IMG/VR virus record: IMGVR_UViG_3300035696_000018 | Coordinates: 42,776-106,775 of that record | Length of the DNA: 64,000 nt | Source of the DNA: a virus | Reading direction: 5' to 3' (one strand) | In this document: in pieces, positions 58,559 to 64,000 of the stretch | Layout: each line of letters begins with the position of its first letter | Numbering within the stretch: the first letter of the stretch is position 1 | Position numbers and translations under genes: made by a program | The notes under the pieces: model-generated | The model's input: the letters and a program-made list of their open reading frames with translations, nothing else | Databases searched by the model: none | Told to the model about the DNA's origin: nothing

Positions 58559-60109
58559 ATGCCAATGGACAGCAATCTTTTCAAAGAGGCTATCGCTGAC
58601 GCCAAGGCAGTCCGTCAGACTGCACTTGCAAACGCCAAGGTAGCACTCGAAGAAGCATTCACTGAGCGATACAAGGCAATGTTTGCCGAGAAGCTCAAGG
58701 AAGAAGCAGAGATGGAGGAAGCTCCACATGCCGAAGAAGAAGAAGGTGCCCCACAAGCGGGAGCATCCGAGGAAAACGTTTCGGAACAAGAGATTGACGA
58801 ACTTATTCGTGAACTCGAAGCCGAAGTCGGTGGGGAGCAACAGCCTCCAGCCGAGCCAGATGGTGAAGCGGGAGCAGTTCCGCCTCCACCATCGGGAGCA
58901 GCCCCAATGGGAGCACCGCCAGTGCCAGGAGCACCACCACTCGGAGCACCACCAGTACCGGGAGCAGCCCCACTCGGAGCACCACCAGTACCAGGAATGC
59001 CGGGAGCAATGCCTCCAGTAGGAGCACCACCAATGGGAGCACCAATGGGTGGAGAAGTTCCGCAGATGCCACCGATGGGTGGACCAGCGGGAGCACCACC
59101 ACCAATGGGTGGAGAAGTCCCACCAGCCCCAGAGGGCGGTGAGGGAACCCCACCACCATCAGACGTTCCTCCAACGGGGAGCGAGGAAGACGAGGAATTC
59201 GATTTGAATGAACTTTTGGAGAGCCTCCGAGCCGAAATCGGCGAGGGTAAGGATGAAGAAGAGGAAGAGGGAAAGAAGCACGAAGAGGAAGAAGAGTGCA
59301 TCAAGGAACAAACCAAGTTGAAGTCGTCCGCAATCGGCGGCTCCAAGGCGGGTGGTTCACCAAACAAGATGCCTCAAGACGGTGCTCGTTCATCTTCCAA
59401 GGTTGAGTCTGCCGCACAGGACAAGGAAGGTTATCCTTCTCTTGACCAGCCAAAGACTGTTGCCAAGGAAGCGACTCAAGCGAGCCGCCCGAATAAGGCA
59501 ACTCACGCTACCAAGGACAATCTCTCGACCCCATCAATGGGAGCGGGAAATGGTTCTGGTGGACAAACCGAAGACGGTTATCCAAGCCTTGACCAACCAA
59601 AGTCAACGGCAAAGGAGCCAACTGAGGCCAAGCGTCCAAATCAGGCGAAGAACGCCACGAAGGACAATCTCTCAACTCCAGGTGGAATGTTGCAAGAGAA
59701 TCAGGCTCTCAAACGACAACTTAACGAAGCGGAAGAAGTTATCCGCTACGTCAAGGGACAACTTAATGAGGTCAATCTGTTGAACGCCAAACTGCTTTAC
59801 ACGAACAAGCTGTTTAAGGAATACAACATGAACAACGAGCAGAAAATGCGTATCGTTGAAATGTTCGACCTCGCCAAGAACGTTCGTGAAGTCAAGCTGA
59901 CCTACGCTAACATCGCTGAGTCATTGAATTTCGGTGGCTCTGACATCAAGAGAAAGGCCAAAACCTCATCTTCTGTTCAGGCAATCACCGAAGGTCTCGC
60001 ATCGGGGGCAGTCGCATCAACCAAGCCGAAGGCTATCATAACCGAAGGCAAGTTCGCAGCACGTATGAAACAACTCGCAGGCATTCGTGGCGAACCAGCA
60101 AAAAAGTAA
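58559..60109 (+). CDS. Prohead scaffold protein (gp22-like)
   Basis: LFKEAIADAKAVRQTALANAKVALEEAF; LNEVNLLNAKLLY.NK; RMKQLAGI; immediately upstream of the MCP. Confidence 0.8.
   Translation: MPMDSNLFKEAIADAKAVRQTALANAKVALEEAFTERYKAMFAEKLKEEAEMEEAPHAEEEEGAPQAGASEENVSEQEIDELIRELEAEVGGEQQPPAEPDGEAGAVPPPPSGAAPMGAPPVPGAPPLGAPPVPGAAPLGAPPVPGMPGAMPPVGAPPMGAPMGGEVPQMPPMGGPAGAPPPMGGEVPPAPEGGEGTPPPSDVPPTGSEEDEEFDLNELLESLRAEIGEGKDEEEEEGKKHEEEEECIKEQTKLKSSAIGGSKAGGSPNKMPQDGARSSSKVESAAQDKEGYPSLDQPKTVAKEATQASRPNKATHATKDNLSTPSMGAGNGSGGQTEDGYPSLDQPKSTAKEPTEAKRPNQAKNATKDNLSTPGGMLQENQALKRQLNEAEEVIRYVKGQLNEVNLLNAKLLYTNKLFKEYNMNNEQKMRIVEMFDLAKNVREVKLTYANIAESLNFGGSDIKRKAKTSSSVQAITEGLASGAVASTKPKAIITEGKFAARMKQLAGIRGEPAKK
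58895..58996 (+). repeat. 33-bp coding tandem repeat (GAxPxGAPPVP x3) within a Pro/Gly/Met-rich linker
   Basis: Visible in DNA and protein. Confidence 0.8.
59429..59680 (+). repeat. Two-copy direct repeat, 147-nt period (GYPSLDQPK...ATKDNLSTP)
   Basis: Copies at 59429..59533 and 59576..59680. Confidence 0.85.
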
Positions 60110-60142
60110 TTGAAGCGAGAAACTGAAAGAAAACCAATACAT

Positions 60143-61867
60143 ATGGAAAACGTAAAAGAACTGTTGACCAATGCATTGAACCCGCAAGCACGCCTTATGG
60201 CAGAGACTCGTGGTCTTGTTTCCAAGTGGGAAAAGACTGGGTTGCTTGAAGGGCTTCGCAATGACATTGAGAAGTCGAACATGTCGGTATTGCTTGAGAA
60301 CCAAGCAAAGCAACTGATTGAAGAGTCGTCCGTGACCGGAACTCAGAGCAACTCTGAGCAATGGGCTGGTGTGGCACTTCCATTGGTTCGCCGTGTGTTC
60401 GCCGAAATCGCTGCTAAGGAGTTCGTCTCCGTACAGCCAATGAACCTGCCATCGGGTCTGGTATTCTACCTCGACTTCAAGTATGGCACCAACCAAAACG
60501 TATTCTCCGCACAGCCTTCTTCGGAAGACTCGCTGTTCGGTGGAGTTTCTGGTTCAGGAGACCTTTACAACTCTTGGAAGCTTGGCTCGACCAACGCTCC
60601 AGTTGGTGGTCTTTATGGTCCGGGTCGCTATGCCTACACGATTAACGACACTGCTTCGGTAGTCGCCGTTGCCGTTGGCACCGCTTCCATCGCCGACATC
60701 AACTTCGATACGGGTAACAGCAACGACCCAGTGGCCGCAAGCCTCTCTGCCTCGTACGCTCTCGGCAACCTGTACACTCTGACGACTGTTGGTTTGACTT
60801 ACACGGCTTCTCTCGGTGGCTCATACCCCGACTTGAACGCTGTCCGTTCGTTCATGCCAATCAGTTCGGAAATCGTAACGTGGTTCCCGGGATTCAGCCG
60901 CTTTAACGGCCCCGAGGCTGTGTTTGTAGTCTCTGCTTCCGTTGCCAACATCGGACTCATTGACCACAGTGCCGCCGCAACCATGTCGCTCAACTATTCG
61001 TTGCAGCCAAAGGATACCTCTCGTGGTGACTTTGAAGACCGCCTTGGCAAGTCCTCGACGGCAACCGATACTGGCCTGAACAAGGACATCGGTATCCCAG
61101 AAGTCAACCTTGAGTTGAAGAGCGAACCAATCGTCGCCAAGACTCGTAAGTTGAAGGCAGTCTGGACTCCAGAACTCGCCCAAGACTTGAACGCATACCA
61201 CTCTGTTGACGCAGAGGCGGAACTTACCGCTCTTTTGAGCGAGTACGTCTCGATGGAAATTGACCTTGAAATCCTCGATATGCTTATCAACAACGCCCCA
61301 GCAATCAACAAGGAACGCTGGTCGGCACGTCTCAACCGTGAAATCATCAAGACGGGGCTTAACAGCTACCAGATTGTTGACCAAGTAACGGCTGGAGCAG
61401 GTGGATACTACACCAAGGCAACTTGGTATCAGACCCTTGGCAACAAGGTTCAAAAGGTGTCCAACAAGATTCACCAGTTGACCCTCCGTGGTGGTGCAAA
61501 CTTCATGGTCGTGGGACCAGATGTGGCAACCATCCTTGAGTCCATCCCAGGATTCGTGGTCAACACCGATGGTGATTCGGCCAAGTTCGCAATGGGTGTA
61601 AGCCGTGTCGGAAGCTTCGCTTCTCGATTCCAGGTTTACAAGAACCCGTACATGCAGGAAAACCTTATCCTTATGGGATTCCGAGGTAACAACTTCCTTG
61701 AAACGGGTGCAGTGTACTCGCCGTACATCCCGCTCATCCAGACTCCACTGGTCTATGACCCAGTGAACTTCACGCCACGACGTGGAGTTATGACTCGCTA
61801 CGCCAAGAAGATTGTGCGTCCCGAGTTCTACGGTCTAATCTACGTGTCCGACACGAACCAGGTATAA
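60143..61867 (+). CDS. gp23: Major capsid protein (gp23-like)
   Basis: LLENQ, LPLVRR, VQPM..PSGL.F, AKTRKLKAVWTPELAQDL.A.H, YSPYIPL, F.PR.G.MTRY. Confidence 0.96.
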   Translation: MENVKELLTNALNPQARLMAETRGLVSKWEKTGLLEGLRNDIEKSNMSVLLENQAKQLIEESSVTGTQSNSEQWAGVALPLVRRVFAEIAAKEFVSVQPMNLPSGLVFYLDFKYGTNQNVFSAQPSSEDSLFGGVSGSGDLYNSWKLGSTNAPVGGLYGPGRYAYTINDTASVVAVAVGTASIADINFDTGNSNDPVAASLSASYALGNLYTLTTVGLTYTASLGGSYPDLNAVRSFMPISSEIVTWFPGFSRFNGPEAVFVVSASVANIGLIDHSAAATMSLNYSLQPKDTSRGDFEDRLGKSSTATDTGLNKDIGIPEVNLELKSEPIVAKTRKLKAVWTPELAQDLNAYHSVDAEAELTALLSEYVSMEIDLEILDMLINNAPAINKERWSARLNREIIKTGLNSYQIVDQVTAGAGGYYTKATWYQTLGNKVQKVSNKIHQLTLRGGANFMVVGPDVATILESIPGFVVNTDGDSAKFAMGVSRVGSFASRFQVYKNPYMQENLILMGFRGNNFLETGAVYSPYIPLIQTPLVYDPVNFTPRRGVMTRYAKKIVRPEFYGLIYVSDTNQV

Positions 61868-61892
61868 GCGAAAGCTTATCTGTCGAATTCAA

Positions 61893-61922
61893 AAGGACCG
61901 CCTTCGGGCGGTCCTTCTTTTT
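61893..61922 (+). terminator. Intrinsic terminator after the MCP
   Basis: AAGGACCGCC-TTCG-GGCGGTCCTT-CTTTTT; small GAAA hairpin over the stop codon at 61864..61879. Confidence 0.85.
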
Positions 61923-61994
61923 GTACACATATCGTAAGGAGAAAGTATATTTATAACGAGCCAAGAGATATTTATACCCGAAAGGAACACTCTT

Positions 61995-62801
61995 ATGATT
62001 GAACGAAAATTAGGATGGAGAAAACAAAAGCCAGACGCACGAGACTTTCAGATTCACCACCTTCGAGCGGTGCGTCCTCTCGCCACGGCTATTCCCGCAA
62101 CCGCTAACCTTCGCCGATGGTGTTCGTATATCGAAGACCAAGGCCAGTTGGGAAGCTGCACCGCAAACGCTTGGGCTGGAATTCTGCAATTCGATGAAAA
62201 CAAGTACCCAGTCGCAGGACGAAAGTACGCTGACCTCAGCCGCCTCTTCATTTACTACAATGAACGTGTGTTGGACAACACTGTAAACCAAGACTCGGGT
62301 GCCGAACTTCGTGATGGTGCCAAAGTTCTTAATCAGTATGGTGTCTGCGTCGAGACTGAATGGCCTTACAACGTCAGTCAGTTCACCGTCAAGCCAACCG
62401 CCAAATGCTATACGGATGCACTTCCAAACGTAATCCATAGCTATTACGCTTTGGACGGAACAACCCCCGCAGCAACTCTCACCAATCTCAAAACTGCTAT
62501 CGCAAGTGGACAACCATTTGTATTCGGATTCAATGTCTATGACAGTTTCATGTCCGACCAAGTAGCCAACACGGGTGTCATGCCAATGCCAAACGTGAAA
62601 ACCGAGCAACTCCAAGGCGGTCATGCAGTAATGGGAGTTGGCTATAATGATGCCGAACAACGCTTCCTCATCCGCAACTCGTGGGGCACAAGCTGGGGAC
62701 TCCCAAGCCCAACGTACCGTGGATACTTCACTATGCCATACGCCTTCATCAGCGACCCAAATATGGCCAGTGACTTCTGGACCGTAGTGAAAGACGTGTA
62801 A
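61995..62801 (+). CDS. Papain-like C1A cysteine peptidase
   Basis: DQGQLGSCTA, LSRLFIYYNER, GGHAV..VGY, RNSWG..WG..GYF. Confidence 0.9.
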   Translation: MIERKLGWRKQKPDARDFQIHHLRAVRPLATAIPATANLRRWCSYIEDQGQLGSCTANAWAGILQFDENKYPVAGRKYADLSRLFIYYNERVLDNTVNQDSGAELRDGAKVLNQYGVCVETEWPYNVSQFTVKPTAKCYTDALPNVIHSYYALDGTTPAATLTNLKTAIASGQPFVFGFNVYDSFMSDQVANTGVMPMPNVKTEQLQGGHAVMGVGYNDAEQRFLIRNSWGTSWGLPSPTYRGYFTMPYAFISDPNMASDFWTVVKDV

Positions 62802-62822
62802 TTTCTTTCCCCGCAACGTCAC

Positions 62823-62848
62823 AAACCCCCGCTTCGGCGGGGGTTTAT
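62823..62848 (+). terminator. Intrinsic terminator (U-tract interrupted by the IS insertion)
   Basis: AAACCCCCGC-TTCG-GCGGGGGTTT-AT. Confidence 0.75.
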
Positions 62849-64000
62849 CTTGGGTGGGAGCAGAAAACCCATCTCCTTTAGGGGATGGGATGAATGCGAC
62901 CCATTAGGACAATGATAATATATTTACATTTTCATTGACTTTTTGTAAATCTGTGATATACTTATACACAATGAAGAGAATAACCAGAGGATATAAGTTT
63001 CCAGTTCTTCCTACCGAAGAACAGAAGACTTTCTTCGCCAAGTCATTTGGTTGCTCCCGCTTTGTCTTTAATCACTTTCTAAACAAGAGGAAAGAGTGTT
63101 TCCTTAATACAGGTAAGGGAATGAACTATTACAACACCGCTGAACTCCTTGTTAAACTCAAAGAGGATGAAGACACCGAATGGTTGAATGAGGTCAATAG
63201 TCAATCTCTCCAACAATCATTACGACAACTTGATGTTGCCTATACACGATTTTTTAAGAAGGTTTCCAAGTTCCCATCCTTTAAGTCCAAATACGATAGA
63301 CAATCGTTCTGCATTCCCCAACACTTTACTTTTGAGAATGGACTACTTACTATTCCAAAACTGAAATCCAAACTCAAAGTAAATCAACATAGACCATTCG
63401 GAGAGAACCACGAGATTTGTTTCCTCACCATTTCCAAGACCAAATCCAACAGGTATTTCGTGTCATTCATCGTTGAGGAAGATTTCACGCCCAAAGTCAA
63501 AAAGACAAATAATAGTGTAGGTATTGACTTGGGACTGATTGACCTGATGACCTTCTCCGACGGTAAAAAGATTTCCAACCCAAGAATAGCAAAGAAATAC
63601 CGAAAGAAACTGGAATACCAACAAAGACAGCATTCCAAGAAAACAAAGAAAGGTAAGAATAGAGAACGAGCAAGAGTTGAGTTAGCAAAAACATACGAAA
63701 AGATAACCAATGTAAAAATGGATTATGTTCATAAACTTACTAATGATATTGTCAAAAACCACGACACTATTGTAATGGAGGATTTGAGCATTTCCAATAT
63801 GATGAAAGACCATAGGAAAGCAAGGTCAATACAAGAAGTATCTTGGTATGAGATTGTTAGACAACTCAAATATAAGAGTGAGTGGAACGATAGGAAGTTC
63901 ATCCAAATAGATAGATGGTTTCCATCATCCAAGACCTGTAATGATTGTGGATACATACACAAATCATTGAAGTAAGGAGACAGAGAATGTGATTGTACTA
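62849..64000 (+). mobile_element. IS200/IS605-family tnpB element, 3'-truncated by the window
   Basis: Follows TTAT; left-end hairpin CCCATCTCCTTTAGGGGATGGG; AT-rich. Confidence 0.75.
62971..63975 (+). CDS. tnpB: TnpB (HTH_OrfB_IS605 + RuvC); premature stop in the zinc finger
   Basis: YKF...PTEEQ..F.K.FGCSRFVFN; GIDLG; VMEDL; FPSSKTCNDCG then TAA followed by in-frame GDREC. Confidence 0.85.
   Translation: MKRITRGYKFPVLPTEEQKTFFAKSFGCSRFVFNHFLNKRKECFLNTGKGMNYYNTAELLVKLKEDEDTEWLNEVNSQSLQQSLRQLDVAYTRFFKKVSKFPSFKSKYDRQSFCIPQHFTFENGLLTIPKLKSKLKVNQHRPFGENHEICFLTISKTKSNRYFVSFIVEEDFTPKVKKTNNSVGIDLGLIDLMTFSDGKKISNPRIAKKYRKKLEYQQRQHSKKTKKGKNRERARVELAKTYEKITNVKMDYVHKLTNDIVKNHDTIVMEDLSISNMMKDHRKARSIQEVSWYEIVRQLKYKSEWNDRKFIQIDRWFPSSKTCNDCGYIHKSLK

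Noticed and set aside
58840-59120. Short GGAGCACCACCA-type repeats resembling a CRISPR array
   Set aside because: In-frame coding repeats of the scaffold with no unique spacers; no cas genes seen
1-64000. Stop-codon reassignment as in some large phages
   Set aside because: Core genes are full length and tightly packed in the standard code; the one internal stop is a single TAA in tnpB
1-64000. tRNA, rRNA or group I/II intron
   Set aside because: Intergenic gaps are short and I recognised no cloverleaf or intron core; a covariance search was not run

Overview
A 64-kb segment of a large T4-superfamily (gp17/gp20/gp21/gp23-type) tailed phage genome, read in the standard genetic code, with almost all genes on the + strand. 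The order is: baseplate/tail/fibre genes (1-20.7 kb); a RuvC-like resolvase, primase and an Mre11-Rad50 (gp47-gp46) fusion interspersed with homing endonucleases (20.7-27.7 kb); an inserted endonuclease + Hpy99I-like nuclease + methyltransferase cassette that left the old Rad50 C-terminus stranded at about 30.2 kb; terminase, an intein-containing portal, candidate internal head proteins and the prohead protease (33-45 kb); an accessory island with sigma70-type promoters (45-56 kb: guaC, nucleotidyltransferase, ADP-ribosylglycohydrolase, two NADARs, ClpP, TonB-like, DenV-like, MTase-like, and a TnpB element splitting a gene); a short minus-strand late cluster with a likely -1 frameshift; then scaffold, major capsid protein, a papain-like peptidase and a second TnpB element at the window edge. 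The most unusual signals are: a twin-arginine-signal mini-protein carrying a conserved fragment of the major capsid protein; a pervasive [S/T]-[G/A/S]-S motif concentrated in virion proteins, including the capsid insertion region (candidate modification sequon); a gene-oriented TATTTATA late-promoter-like motif (the reverse complement of T4 TATAAATA); FN3 proteins that may chain by donor-strand complementation; and a cluster of three predicted de-ADP-ribosylating enzymes. All family assignments come from motif recognition by eye; no database searches were run.
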